NCBI GenBank assembly: GCA_963814585.1
Contig: CAWFDF010000008.1
Span: forward strand, 544,001-608,000
Direction of reading: 5' to 3'
DNA from: an uncultured delta proteobacterium
Lineage (GTDB): Bacteria > Myxococcota > Myxococcia > Myxococcales > Anaeromyxobacteraceae
DNA: 64,000 nt
Part shown: in pieces, positions 19,460 through 29,499 of the stretch
How positions within the stretch are numbered: position 1 is the stretch's first letter
Layout of the letters: the number at the start of each line of letters is the position of its first letter
Program-made: the position numbers and the translations under genes
The notes under the pieces: model-generated
The model's input: the letters and a program-made list of their open reading frames with translations, nothing else
Databases searched by the model: none
What the model was told of the DNA's origin: nothing

Positions 19460-20527
19460 TCACCGCCGATGCGAGAGCGCGATGGTGAAGGTCACGTCGG
19501 GGATCGTGTCGATGAAGAGGTTCTCCCCGACGGCCAGGTCCAGGGACGTCGCCGGGCCGAAATGGATCGTGCCGCCGACGGTGAGCAGGACCGAGCTGGC
19601 CGCCAGCTGGGGGAGCTCGCTCTCGTAGAAGGAGCCGTGAACGTCCAGCTGCGCCTTGAGGTCGAGCCGGCTCACCGCCCGCCAGCTCAGCCCGAACCCA
19701 CCGAAGGCCACGGCCTGCCGCTGCCGTGCCGCGAGGACGTCGCTCTCGCTCGAGGCCAGCAGCCCCAGGCGGCCGAACCAGGTGATGCCGCAGGAGCCCA
19801 TGCCGCGCTCGACGCCGTTGAGGCTCAGCGAGAGATCGGTGCTGCCGCTGCCCATGAGCTGCGAGCTGTCGCCGGTCGGGAGCTCGAGGCTGGCGTGCAG
19901 GCTGAGCTCGCGCGGGCCGTCTTCCGCCCCGTACAGCCGGGTCGCGGCGAAGAGGCGGACGTCTCCCAGCCCCTGCTGATCGGAGCGGACGGCGATCGAC
20001 TCCTGGCCCTGGAAGCGATGGCTGTAGTCGAGCTGGTTGATCGGCATCGCGTTGCGCTCGCCGGTCGGCAGGCCGAGGAGCTCGTGCCAGCCGATGATGA
20101 AGTCGTCCAGCAGGCCGCCGCGCTGGAAGACGAGCGGGATCTCGATGCCGGCCTCGAGCTGATCCGAGAGCCCGAATCGCACCGAGAACGCCAGCCGGTA
20201 GGTCTCGCCGTCGAGGGAGATCGACTCGCTGGCGCTGTCCGCCAGCTTCGAGTTGTTGGTGAGATCGAAGGCGGCCTGGAACTGGACGTGACCCGCCGGC
20301 GTCAGCTCGGCTGGCTCGAATGCGGGCAAGCCGTAGACCTGGATGAACGGGTTCTGGTCGCGGACGCCGAGCGGCGCAGGCGGACCTGCCACGTCGTCGG
20401 CCTGGGCGTGGCCGGGCGACACGCCCAGGAGGCCCAGCAGGAGGACCGCCCGCCAGGCCCCGAGGGCCACACGCCCGCCTCCGGCCGCCACGCCGGGGTC
20501 GGGGGAGCCAGGCCAGCTCCCCGTCAC
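19460..20527 (-). CDS. DUF3187-like outer-membrane beta-barrel protein
   Basis: Signal peptide, PLGVRDQNP, LDGE, GGLLDDFIIGWHELLGLP, GLGDVRL, LELPTGD, PDVTF; GTGA overlap with the upstream gene. Confidence 0.75.
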   Translation of the reverse strand: MTGSWPGSPDPGVAAGGGRVALGAWRAVLLLGLLGVSPGHAQADDVAGPPAPLGVRDQNPFIQVYGLPAFEPAELTPAGHVQFQAAFDLTNNSKLADSASESISLDGETYRLAFSVRFGLSDQLEAGIEIPLVFQRGGLLDDFIIGWHELLGLPTGERNAMPINQLDYSHRFQGQESIAVRSDQQGLGDVRLFAATRLYGAEDGPRELSLHASLELPTGDSSQLMGSGSTDLSLSLNGVERGMGSCGITWFGRLGLLASSESDVLAARQRQAVAFGGFGLSWRAVSRLDLKAQLDVHGSFYESELPQLAASSVLLTVGGTIHFGPATSLDLAVGENLFIDTIPDVTFTIALSHRR

Positions 20528-23500
20528 GGCGTCCGCACGAAGATCGCCTCGTTCAGGAAGGCGGCGTCCTGCCAGTAGACGCGGCCGCTCGGCTCCACCG
20601 CCACCTGATCCTTGATCGAGTAGTGGCTGGTCACCGCCTGGGCCGACGCCCCGGAGGCCATGTCCACCAGGATCACCTGCTTGCCGCCGGGCTCCCCGAA
20701 CTCCAGGTAGACGACGAAGTTCCCCGCCATGTCGAACTGGCCGAGGAACGGCCAGTGCGTGCCGAGGTTGGTCTCCACGTCGTCCGGGTTCCCGAGGACG
20801 CCGTCGGGACCGGCCTCGAGGACGTAGATGATCCCGCTCTCGACGATGCCGATCCGCTCCCCGGCGACGCGGATGTCCCGGACGTCACGGTAGGGCTGGC
20901 CCGCCAGCGGCGAGCCGGTCGGGTGGAGGAGGACGGTGGTGGACGCCGGATCCGTCGCGCTGAAGACGGGGTTCGCCGCCGTGCCCCCCGCCTTCCGCAG
21001 GCAGGCCATGTGCGCGTACGACCAGCCCGGCGGCGTCGGGTAGCTGGCGTGCGCGCAGCTGAAGACGGCGTAGCGCGCGCTCACCGCGGCCACGGCCCGG
21101 TAAGGGGACGGCTCGGCCGACACGCCCGGCCCCGGCAGGACGTCCACGACGCTCGGGGTGCGCAGCCCCCCCGCCCCGCTCGGCTCCAGGACATAGGGCC
21201 GCCGCACGTCGCTGGCGTCCCGGACCGCGACGATGGCCTTGCCCTCCTTCGCGAGCAGCACGTCGAGCCTGGAGGGGGAGACGTTCAGGACGTCCACGGC
21301 CGGGTAGCTGGCGAGAGCCGCCGGCGTGAACCAGAGCCCCGTGGCGTCGGCCCGGTACGCCGTCACCCGGGAGTAGGCGTTGGTCGCCACCAGGTAGTGG
21401 GGGCCGGTCGCTCCGGCCAGGTACCCGTAGTGGGAGGCGTTGCCCGGCAGGGTGGCGTCCCCGCCGGTGGTGGTCCGCGCCCGGAGCAGGCTCCCCGACT
21501 GGAAGACGAAGGCCCCCTGCCCGTTGGCGATGGGCCAGGAGAGCGGCACCCCATCGGCCACGTCCCAGCGTGACTGCGTGAGGTCCAGCCAGAGCAGGTC
21601 CTCGGAGAGGTTCGCCTGGTTGTTCTGGTAGACGAGGAGGCCGTTGCTGACCGAGGGGTAGTAGCGCGGCGTCGCGCTCGGCACCGAGCGCACCAGGGTG
21701 TCGTCGGCCGTCCCGAAGGTTCCATCCCCGCCGGCGAACCAGTCGGTGATGTGGCCCGTCCCGCCGGAGGCGTTGTCGAGCGCCACCAGGTGCGGCCCGT
21801 CGGTGGCGACGTACCAGTTCCAGGGACTGAGCGTGGCGGTGTACGAGCGGCTCGCGATCACGTCTCCCGCCCCGAAGGCGGCGCCGGCCGCGGAGGGCCG
21901 CCGCGACGCCAGGGTCGCGGTGGTGCCGGTGTAGGAGCCGGTCGCGAGTTGCTCCCCGTCGGGCGACAGCCCGGCTGCCTGAACCGTCGCCGCGAGGTCG
22001 TACGTCGTCCTCCCGCTGGCGTATCCGCCGGCGGCCGCCGAGACGATGGTCCACACCCAGCCGGTCCCTGGATCGTGCCGGTAGAGCAGCCGGCGCCCGG
22101 AGATGGCCAGGCCCCCGACGGTCTGGCCCGACATGACCGCGACCGGGGCCGGGTCGTCGGCCGTGCCAATCTTGCCGTCGCCCCCGGGATCTCGCACGTA
22201 CACGTTGCTCGTCCACGGCGTGCTGGTCAGGGTCTCCACCCAGGCGACCCACTCGCCCCCGGCCGCCACCGCGCTGACCCGGTAGCCGGCGGGCACGGTC
22301 CGGATGCTGGTCACGGTGTCGGTGGTGCACCAGCCCGCGGCCCCCGGCCGCCGCACCTGGACCTCGTAGCTGCCGGTGTACCCGGGGTAGACGACGAGCG
22401 TGCTGGAGCCAATCTGCGAGCCCTGCTCCCCGGCGTTTCCGGTCGACCCGACCAGGCAGGTCGGGTCGGTCGCATCGCGCCTCCGGTTGGGCCCGAGGTC
22501 GGTGAGGTGCCCGTACCAGGTCAGCAACGTGCCGCGCATGTGCGGCCCGAACTCCCAGTCGGTGGTGGCGGTGACGATCCCGCCCGTTCCAGCGGTGGGC
22601 ACCGGCTGGCTCACGCTCGAGCCGACGTTCCCGGCGAGGTCCACGGCGCGCACCGCCACGTTGGTGATGGTGCCGCTGCGGAGCGGCACGTTCACCCCGA
22701 GGAAGCGGCTGGTGGCGTCGGCGGAGCAGCGCAGCCGCGGGTCGGTGCAGCCGCAGGTGCAGGGGTCGTACCCGGCGCCGTCATGGCAGGTCTCCGCCGG
22801 GCAGAGCGGCGTGAAGCCGGATCCGGAGTCGACCTCCAGCCAGGCGATCCCCGCCCACGGGGTGGGCGCACCGGCGGGGAGGTCGGTGGCTCCCGCCGTC
22901 AGGAAGAAGGAGACGTCGTCCGCGTTCACGACGAGGGCCGCCGGGTCGTAGGCCGGCACGAGGGTGGGCGGCACCGGGGGCGTGAGGTCGCTCAGGATCG
23001 CCAGCGAGGCCGTGGCGCTGGCGTTGCCGGCCCGGTCGACGGCCCGCGAGTAGACGCAGTTCCTCAGGCCGCCGGCCAGGTTCACCGAGGTGGAGTCGGG
23101 CGAGGCGGTCCAGGCCGGGCTGGAAGGCGTGGAGGGACAGGCCGCGGTGGCGCCCACGGTGGAGACGAACGTCTCGTAGCGCGCGAAGTTGGCGTCGCTG
23201 TCCGAGCCGGTCAGGATGACCGTCGCGGTGGTGGCGTCCACCACCGTGCGGCTCGTCCGCATCGTGGGGGTCGCGGGGACGGCCTGGTCCTGCACCACCA
23301 CCACGCTCGACTCCGGCCCCGCGTTCCCCGCCCAGTCGATGGGCCGGACCCGCAGCGGGTTCGAGGCGTTGGCGGCGAGCGGCGAGAAGCCGAGGCTCGC
23401 GGGCGGCGTCGGCGCCACCGGCACGAGCGTGGCCGCGCTCCAGTCGGCGGCGCTGCCCACCAGCACCTGGTAGCCGCGCAGGTTGCCGTCGGTGGCGGCC

Positions 23501-26196
23501 ACGGAGATGGGCACGGAGATGGAGCCCAGGTTGGTGTAGCCGGGCTGCGCGCCGGCCGGGACGGTCGGGGTGGCGAGCAGCACCGCCGTCGGCGGGACCG
23601 TGTCCACGCAGCGCACGGCGGGGTAGAGCGGTGCAGTCGAGGACTGGGCCACCGCCGTGGCCGTCCCATCGGGCGGGACGGTGGTGGTGATCGCGTAGGG
23701 CTCGCAGGCCCGCGTCGTGCCGACGCTGGCCAGGACCGCGAAGCTGCCCGGAGGCACCGGCGTGACGGCCCAGCTGCCGTTCACCGCCGTGGTGGTGGCC
23801 GCCGACCAGGCGGTGCCGTCGAACGCCGTCCCGGTGATCGAGATGGAGATGCCGCTGGAGTTGGCGTTGGGGACGCCGGCGCCCCCCACGTCGTCCCAGA
23901 GCCTGGCCGTGCCGGTCAGCGCGCCGGTCGCGAGCACGAGGGTGAGCGGGGTGGCGGGCGGCGAGGTGGCGTTCCCGGCCACGGTGACCGTCGAGGCGGC
24001 CGGCCGGAAGAAGGGCCTGGTCGCCGTGATGGTGTACGGGGAGCCGGGCGGGAGGCTGACCGGTACGCCCTCGAAGCGGAAGTGGCCGCTCGCATCCGTG
24101 ACCGTCGGCGCCACCGAGAGCCCGGCCGCGGTGAGCGCGACCTGGATGCCCGACTGCTGGGAGGTGACCGGGAAGCCCGCGAGCCCGCCCGCCGAGACCG
24201 ACACCGTCCCCTCCACCACGCCGCGCGACACGCGCAGCGTCACGGCGGGTGCGCTCGCCGCCCCGCCCGCCACGGCGACCCCGGGCGACGACTCCGGGTC
24301 GTAGCCCGACTTCGCGTAGGCGAGCGAGTAGGTGCCCTGCGGCAGCCCGGCGATGGACCAGGTCCCGCCGGTGGCGGTCGTGGTCGAGCCGGTGACCGCC
24401 TTGCCGTTCAGGTCGCTCCCCGAGAGCGACACCAGGATCCCGTCCGCCGTGCCGCGCTCCACCGCGGCCACGCCGCCCACCGACCCGCCCGTCGCCAGCT
24501 GGAGCGCCACCGCGTCCACGGGCGTGGTGGCGTGCGCCGTGACCGCGAAGGCGGCGCTGGTCGCCGGGGCGTACGCCGGGCGGTCGAACCGGGCCGTGTA
24601 CCCCGTCCCGGCCAGCAGCCCCCGGGCACTCCAGGCGCCCGTGGCGTTCGTCACGGCGGTCTGCGTGTCCGGCCCGCCGGAGATGGTGACCACGATCCCG
24701 GCCGAGTCCGCCGCGCCCGTCGCGGTGGCCACCCCGGCCGCGTCCCCGCGCGACGCCGCGAGCGTCACGTCGAACAGCGTCACCTCGTCCCCGGGCCCGA
24801 GCACCACCTGGGCCCGCTGTGCGTCGTACCCGGCCCGCTCCATCACCACGGCGTGCGTCCCCGCCCCCACGCCCAGGAGCGTCCACGATCCCGTCCCCGC
24901 CGTCGCGGTGACCAGCCCCGTCGCCCCCTCGATCCTCACGGTGGTCCCGCCGTGCCCCCCGGCCGCCGCCCCTTCCAGGTAGGTGTTCCCGTGCAGCGCG
25001 CCCGGGATCGCGGCCAGCGTCACCGGCGTCGCCGTCACGGTCGCCTTCGCCACCACCGCGATCGCGCCGACCTGCTCCAGGTACCCCGGCTGGCGCCGGT
25101 AGGCGATCGAGTACGAGTTCACCGGCAGCTGGTCGACACGCCAGTTCCCGTTGGAGTCCGTCAGCGCCGCCGCGATCGGGTCGGGGTTCGGGTTCTCCGC
25201 CGTCGCCGGAGGCGTCAGGCTCACCTGGATCCCGGAGTGGTCTCCAGCCCCCTCCAGCCTGGCGACCCCCACCACCGACCCGGTCTCCCGCAACAGCTCC
25301 ACGCCGGGAAGATCCGTGACGGCACCTGGCGCCACCACCGCGGCGGTGCCCACCGCGCCGTAGTCGCGAAGCTCGAAGGCCACGTTGTACGTCCCGGCGG
25401 GCACCAGGCCGACCAGGCCGTAGTGGCCGTCGGGGGCGCTGGTGGTGGTGGCCTCGAAGGGGGTCCCCGCCACGGTGACCCCGCTCACCCGCACCGTGAC
25501 GCCGCCGGCGTCCGGGGCACCAGGCACCGCGACCACGCCGCGCACGCCCCCCGGGTTCCAGGCCATGGGGACGTCGGGCGCGGGAGCCACCAGCCCTTGC
25601 AGCACCGGGAAGGAGGACGAGGTGGCCTCCTGGAAGCCCTCTCTCGTCACCTGCAACGTGTAGGTCCCCACCGGAACGTCGGCGAGCTGGTACTGGCCAG
25701 CCGCGTCCGAGGTCACGGCACCGGGGATCCCCTTCAGGCTCACGCTGGCGCTGGCCAGCGGCACGTCGGCGTGACCCATGCCGTCGTCGAAGGTCACCCG
25801 GCCCAGCACCGAGCCGCGCGCCACCCCCAGGGTGATGGTCGGCACGGCCACGTCGTGGCCGCCCTGCGCGAGCGTCACCGCGATGCCGGTGAGCAGCCCG
25901 TCCACCCAGCCCGACTTGACCGCCTGGACGGACCAGGTGCCGGCCGGCACCCCTGAGATGGCGAAGGCGCCGCTCGCGTCCGTGTCGGCGGCCATGGAGG
26001 TGCCGGGGATGGAGACGTGGATCCCGTTCAGCGTCGGCGCGATCGTCCCGGCGGGCACCTCCAGGGCCACCAGGCCGGTGAGGCGTGCCCTGGCCTGCAG
26101 GGGCTCCGGCGTGGCGGGATCGTAGGGGTTGTCATGGGTCGGCGATCCACAGGCCGCCAGGAACGAGGCGAAGACCAGCGTCACGAGACTGCGCAC
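20524..26196 (-). CDS. 1890-aa lipoprotein with tandem carboxypeptidase-regulatory-like/Ig repeats and a propeller-like C-terminus
   Basis: Lipobox FLAAC, NPYDP; about 9 repeats starting GxxxGxxx; three DxAGN Ig/Fn3-like units; three GxDGxxGxxDD motifs. Confidence 0.85.
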   Translation of the reverse strand: MRSLVTLVFASFLAACGSPTHDNPYDPATPEPLQARARLTGLVALEVPAGTIAPTLNGIHVSIPGTSMAADTDASGAFAISGVPAGTWSVQAVKSGWVDGLLTGIAVTLAQGGHDVAVPTITLGVARGSVLGRVTFDDGMGHADVPLASASVSLKGIPGAVTSDAAGQYQLADVPVGTYTLQVTREGFQEATSSSFPVLQGLVAPAPDVPMAWNPGGVRGVVAVPGAPDAGGVTVRVSGVTVAGTPFEATTTSAPDGHYGLVGLVPAGTYNVAFELRDYGAVGTAAVVAPGAVTDLPGVELLRETGSVVGVARLEGAGDHSGIQVSLTPPATAENPNPDPIAAALTDSNGNWRVDQLPVNSYSIAYRRQPGYLEQVGAIAVVAKATVTATPVTLAAIPGALHGNTYLEGAAAGGHGGTTVRIEGATGLVTATAGTGSWTLLGVGAGTHAVVMERAGYDAQRAQVVLGPGDEVTLFDVTLAASRGDAAGVATATGAADSAGIVVTISGGPDTQTAVTNATGAWSARGLLAGTGYTARFDRPAYAPATSAAFAVTAHATTPVDAVALQLATGGSVGGVAAVERGTADGILVSLSGSDLNGKAVTGSTTTATGGTWSIAGLPQGTYSLAYAKSGYDPESSPGVAVAGGAASAPAVTLRVSRGVVEGTVSVSAGGLAGFPVTSQQSGIQVALTAAGLSVAPTVTDASGHFRFEGVPVSLPPGSPYTITATRPFFRPAASTVTVAGNATSPPATPLTLVLATGALTGTARLWDDVGGAGVPNANSSGISISITGTAFDGTAWSAATTTAVNGSWAVTPVPPGSFAVLASVGTTRACEPYAITTTVPPDGTATAVAQSSTAPLYPAVRCVDTVPPTAVLLATPTVPAGAQPGYTNLGSISVPISVAATDGNLRGYQVLVGSAADWSAATLVPVAPTPPASLGFSPLAANASNPLRVRPIDWAGNAGPESSVVVVQDQAVPATPTMRTSRTVVDATTATVILTGSDSDANFARYETFVSTVGATAACPSTPSSPAWTASPDSTSVNLAGGLRNCVYSRAVDRAGNASATASLAILSDLTPPVPPTLVPAYDPAALVVNADDVSFFLTAGATDLPAGAPTPWAGIAWLEVDSGSGFTPLCPAETCHDGAGYDPCTCGCTDPRLRCSADATSRFLGVNVPLRSGTITNVAVRAVDLAGNVGSSVSQPVPTAGTGGIVTATTDWEFGPHMRGTLLTWYGHLTDLGPNRRRDATDPTCLVGSTGNAGEQGSQIGSSTLVVYPGYTGSYEVQVRRPGAAGWCTTDTVTSIRTVPAGYRVSAVAAGGEWVAWVETLTSTPWTSNVYVRDPGGDGKIGTADDPAPVAVMSGQTVGGLAISGRRLLYRHDPGTGWVWTIVSAAAGGYASGRTTYDLAATVQAAGLSPDGEQLATGSYTGTTATLASRRPSAAGAAFGAGDVIASRSYTATLSPWNWYVATDGPHLVALDNASGGTGHITDWFAGGDGTFGTADDTLVRSVPSATPRYYPSVSNGLLVYQNNQANLSEDLLWLDLTQSRWDVADGVPLSWPIANGQGAFVFQSGSLLRARTTTGGDATLPGNASHYGYLAGATGPHYLVATNAYSRVTAYRADATGLWFTPAALASYPAVDVLNVSPSRLDVLLAKEGKAIVAVRDASDVRRPYVLEPSGAGGLRTPSVVDVLPGPGVSAEPSPYRAVAAVSARYAVFSCAHASYPTPPGWSYAHMACLRKAGGTAANPVFSATDPASTTVLLHPTGSPLAGQPYRDVRDIRVAGERIGIVESGIIYVLEAGPDGVLGNPDDVETNLGTHWPFLGQFDMAGNFVVYLEFGEPGGKQVILVDMASGASAQAVTSHYSIKDQVAVEPSGRVYWQDAAFLNEAIFVRTP

Positions 26197-26274
26197 GGGT
26201 GCCCCCTGGGATGATGGCTTCCACGAGGATATTGGCTATTGTTCGACGAATCCACCCCTCACCTGGGAGTGCGC

Positions 26275-27234
26275 ATGCGGGCAGGCCTGGCTTTCCTGGC
26301 GACGATGGCTCTCCTTCACGGCGAGGTGGCGCACGCCCAGGCGCAGCCCCCGCGCGCGCCGCCGGCCTCCGTGGCCGCCCCGGGTTCCGTCGAGATCGCC
26401 ATCCGGCGCGTCGCGGACGGCCTGGCCGCCGGCTTCGCCCGGCTCCCCGGCAACGCCCGTTACCGTCGACTCGCCGTGCTGGTCTTCAGCGAGGTGGGCG
26501 AGGAGACCAAGAAGCGGAAGCTCGGCACCATCGTGGCGGCCGAGGTGGCCACCGTGCTGCGGCGCGATCACGGCCTGCTCCTGGTGGAGCGCGAGAAGCT
26601 CGGCCAGGTGCTGGGCGAGCTCAAGCTCCAGGAGATGCTCAGCGTGGACCCCAGCCAGGCCAGCCGGATCGGCCAGATGGCCGACGCCCAGGCGCTGGTG
26701 GTGGGCTCGGTGGCCGAGACGGGCGATCGCTACCTCATCACGGCCCGGATCGTGTCCACCCAGACCGGCGAGTCACTCGCCGCCGAGTCGGCCTCGATCC
26801 CGGAGGCGGCGCTGGTGGCGGTGGCCAGCGACGCGGTGGTGCTCCGCTCGCGCGGGGACGCCGCCCTCAGGAGCCTGCTGGTCCCCGGCATGGGCCAGTT
26901 CTACAACCGCCAGCCTGCCAAGGGCTGGGCCTTCGCCGGGGTCGCGCTGGGCCTGGCCGGTGGCGCCGTGGGGTTTCACGTGGCCGGCTCCTCGGCGCAA
27001 TCGGACTACGAGTCGGCCACCAACCCGACCGACGCCCAGAAGTACTACGATGAGGCCGAGAGCCTGTACCGCACCCGCGACTGGCTCCTGGTGGGCCTGG
27101 CGGTCACCTGGGCGGTCAACGTCCTCGACGCCTACCTCTCCGGCGTCGACGGCCGCGCCATGCTGGGCGGCGTGGCCATCGCTCCGGCCCCCCTCCAGGG
27201 CGGTGGCGGCCTCGTGCTGGCCGCCCGCTTCTAG
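26275..27234 (+). CDS. Exported protein with a CsgG/FlgO-like domain and a DUF5683-like C-terminus
   Basis: RLAVLVF, LVEREKLGQVLGE, IGQMADAQALVVGSV, ARIVSTQTGE; AALRSLLVPGMGQFYN; NVLDAY; terminal Phe. Confidence 0.8.
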   Translation: MRAGLAFLATMALLHGEVAHAQAQPPRAPPASVAAPGSVEIAIRRVADGLAAGFARLPGNARYRRLAVLVFSEVGEETKKRKLGTIVAAEVATVLRRDHGLLLVEREKLGQVLGELKLQEMLSVDPSQASRIGQMADAQALVVGSVAETGDRYLITARIVSTQTGESLAAESASIPEAALVAVASDAVVLRSRGDAALRSLLVPGMGQFYNRQPAKGWAFAGVALGLAGGAVGFHVAGSSAQSDYESATNPTDAQKYYDEAESLYRTRDWLLVGLAVTWAVNVLDAYLSGVDGRAMLGGVAIAPAPLQGGGGLVLAARF

Positions 27235-27308
27235 CGCCGCGCTCCAGTGGCGTGCCGGGGACGACGCCGACGCCGCCAGGCCCGGCGCCACCCTGCCCTC
27301 CACCGCCC

Positions 27309-28382
27309 TCACGCCCGCAGGAACGCCTCCCGGTCGCGCTCGGAGTCGATGGCCTCGGAGAGGAGCTGGTAGAGCTCCTCCTCGGTGCGGGCGCTGACCG
27401 CGGCCCTGGCCACCAGGATGCGGGCCAGCGGCCCGACGTGGAGCGCCAGGGACTGGCGGACCCGCTCCAGCAGGTCCGGATCCCATGAAGGCGGCGGGGT
27501 CATCGGCCGCGAGGCCAGGTCCACCTGGTCCGGGTCGTGCGGCGACCCGGGCGTCGCCATCCGGGACGGCTCGCCGCCGAGCTCGGCCCCCCAGGCGGCG
27601 AGGGCGCGCTGGCGATCCACCCCGGCGGGCACGTGCTGCAGCAGGGCCTCGCGGAGCTCCTGGAGGCTGGTGGCCCGGGCAGCGGCCTGGCGCACCAGGA
27701 GGTGCGCCAGGGGACCGACCACGGTGCTGAACCAGCCCTCGATCCGCTCCAGCACCTCCCCCGCCAGGACCGGCGCCTCCACCTGCGGCGGCTCGACGGC
27801 GGTGGCCACCGCCGTCCTGGCGAACTGCCGGGCGCCGGGCGGAAGCAGCTCGTAGACGGTGTGCTCGCGGGTGTGCTTGTCGCGCCTCACCCCCAGGTAG
27901 CGGAAGAGGTCGACGTAGGTGTCCGACAGGCAGCTGGCGACCTCGTAGAAGGATCGCGAGACCAGGATCTGGTTGTCGGAGGCGAAGCTCATGACCCGCT
28001 GGCCGACGTTGATCCCGTCGCCGATGGCGTTGAGGTTGCCGTTGATGTCACGCACCAGCTTGACCGGCCCGAGGTTGATGCCGAACCGCGCTCGCATGGG
28101 GCTGTCCCGCTTCGGCTCCTCCTCGACGAGCGCGCCCAGCATGCGCAGCCCGCAGAACATGGCCGCCTCGGGGTCACCCAGGAAGCAGACCGCAGCGCCG
28201 TCCCCGGTGTCGAGGATCACGCGGTCGGCGGCCGGGACGTCCTGGATGCCCACGCCCAGGGACTGGTTGAAGCGGTCCTTCCAGGCCTTCTGGATGGCCA
28301 CCGACTGGACCGAGTACTCGACGATGTCGACGAACACGACGCTGCAGAGCCAGGTCCGGTCCAGCTTGGGCAGCTCGTCCAC
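27309..28382 (-). CDS. Class III adenylate/guanylate cyclase with two C-terminal helical repeats
   Basis: FVDIVEYS, DTGDG, RFGINLGPV, IGDGINVGQRV; repeated VGPLAxxLV units. Confidence 0.9.
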   Translation of the reverse strand: MDELPKLDRTWLCSVVFVDIVEYSVQSVAIQKAWKDRFNQSLGVGIQDVPAADRVILDTGDGAAVCFLGDPEAAMFCGLRMLGALVEEEPKRDSPMRARFGINLGPVKLVRDINGNLNAIGDGINVGQRVMSFASDNQILVSRSFYEVASCLSDTYVDLFRYLGVRRDKHTREHTVYELLPPGARQFARTAVATAVEPPQVEAPVLAGEVLERIEGWFSTVVGPLAHLLVRQAAARATSLQELREALLQHVPAGVDRQRALAAWGAELGGEPSRMATPGSPHDPDQVDLASRPMTPPPSWDPDLLERVRQSLALHVGPLARILVARAAVSARTEEELYQLLSEAIDSERDREAFLRA

Positions 28383-28388
28383 GGCCGA

Positions 28389-29483
28389 TCACCTCTCCAG
28401 CAGCTTCATGGCCGCCGTCAGGCTCCGCCGCATCCGGTTGAAGGCCTCGCCCAGCACCGAGATCTCGTCATGGCCCGTGACCGGGAGCTCCGGGACGTCC
28501 ATGTTCCCCTTGCTGATCTCGTCGGCCATGGCCGCGAAGCGGCTGACCGGCCGGATCACGGTCAGGACCAGGACCAGGTTGAGCAGGACCAGGGTCACCG
28601 CCGCCACGATGGCGACCGAGGTCGCCAGCTGGCGGAAGGCCCGATCGGCCATGGCCACCGTCACCGAGACCGGCACCGAGACGATCTGGGCCGCCACGAC
28701 CTCGTCCTCCTTCCACCCGAACCCGTTGGCGGTGCCGTAGAGCGCGATCATCTCGGGCGGCGCCGCCGCGGGCGTGGAGTGGCACTCCAGGCAGGACTTC
28801 CCGGCGCGCATGGGCCGGGCCAGGTAGAGCGACGGGCCGAGCGGCGACAGCCGCTCCCCGTCGAAGGCCACCAGCTCGGGCCGGTTCCGGAAGGCCTTGA
28901 CGATGTCCTCCTCCCAGTCGACGGCCCGGTCGCGCGGGTTGGTCGGGTTGAGGGTGGCCTCCTTGTAGGTGAACTCGGGGTGCTTCCTGGTCAGGTAGCT
29001 GAAGATCTCGGTGGCGGCGTAGGCCGGAACGGTCTGCGGCCGGAAGACGTGCACGGTCGGCCCCTTGCGGGCGCACAGCCCCTGGAACGGGTCCGCCATG
29101 GGCTCGTCTCGCAGCGCGCTGGCAGGCGGGCCCCCGGCGCCGTGCTCGCCGGCGCGCTCGACGCGCGCCCGCTCGGCGGAGGCCCGCGCCGCCGCGACGC
29201 GGCGCTCCATGGCCGCCTTCAGGACGTCCCGCTTGGCGCAGAGCTCCTGGACGAGCGCCGCCACCTCGTCCTCGCGCTGGTTGGCGTCACTGAAGGAGGG
29301 GCGGACCTGCTCGGTCGTGTAGTTCCTCATGGCCAGGGCGGTCTCCATCATGATGCGCGCCTGGTAGAGCACCTGCTCGCGGGCATTGCGCTGGAGCTGC
29401 CCGTAGAAGAGGTAGCCCGCGACGCCCAGGCCGAGGCCGAACACCAGCACGTACACCAGGCTGAACTTCACCAGAAGCCGCAT
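28389..29483 (-). CDS. Membrane sensor with a DUF3365/Tll0287-like heme c domain and HAMP; no output domain
   Basis: TM, VPAYAATE, YKEATLNPTNPRDRA, CLECH, GFGWK, TM, HAMP (DEISVLGEAFNRM). Confidence 0.88.
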   Translation of the reverse strand: MRLLVKFSLVYVLVFGLGLGVAGYLFYGQLQRNAREQVLYQARIMMETALAMRNYTTEQVRPSFSDANQREDEVAALVQELCAKRDVLKAAMERRVAAARASAERARVERAGEHGAGGPPASALRDEPMADPFQGLCARKGPTVHVFRPQTVPAYAATEIFSYLTRKHPEFTYKEATLNPTNPRDRAVDWEEDIVKAFRNRPELVAFDGERLSPLGPSLYLARPMRAGKSCLECHSTPAAAPPEMIALYGTANGFGWKEDEVVAAQIVSVPVSVTVAMADRAFRQLATSVAIVAAVTLVLLNLVLVLTVIRPVSRFAAMADEISKGNMDVPELPVTGHDEISVLGEAFNRMRRSLTAAMKLLER

Positions 29484-29499
29484 GGACTCCTCCTCTGCC

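Noticed and set aside
27770..27782. 13-bp match CCGGCGCCTCCAC to the tmRNA 3' end as a possible attR
   Set aside because: It lies inside the intact adenylate cyclase CDS, is GC-rich and short, and is plausibly a chance match.
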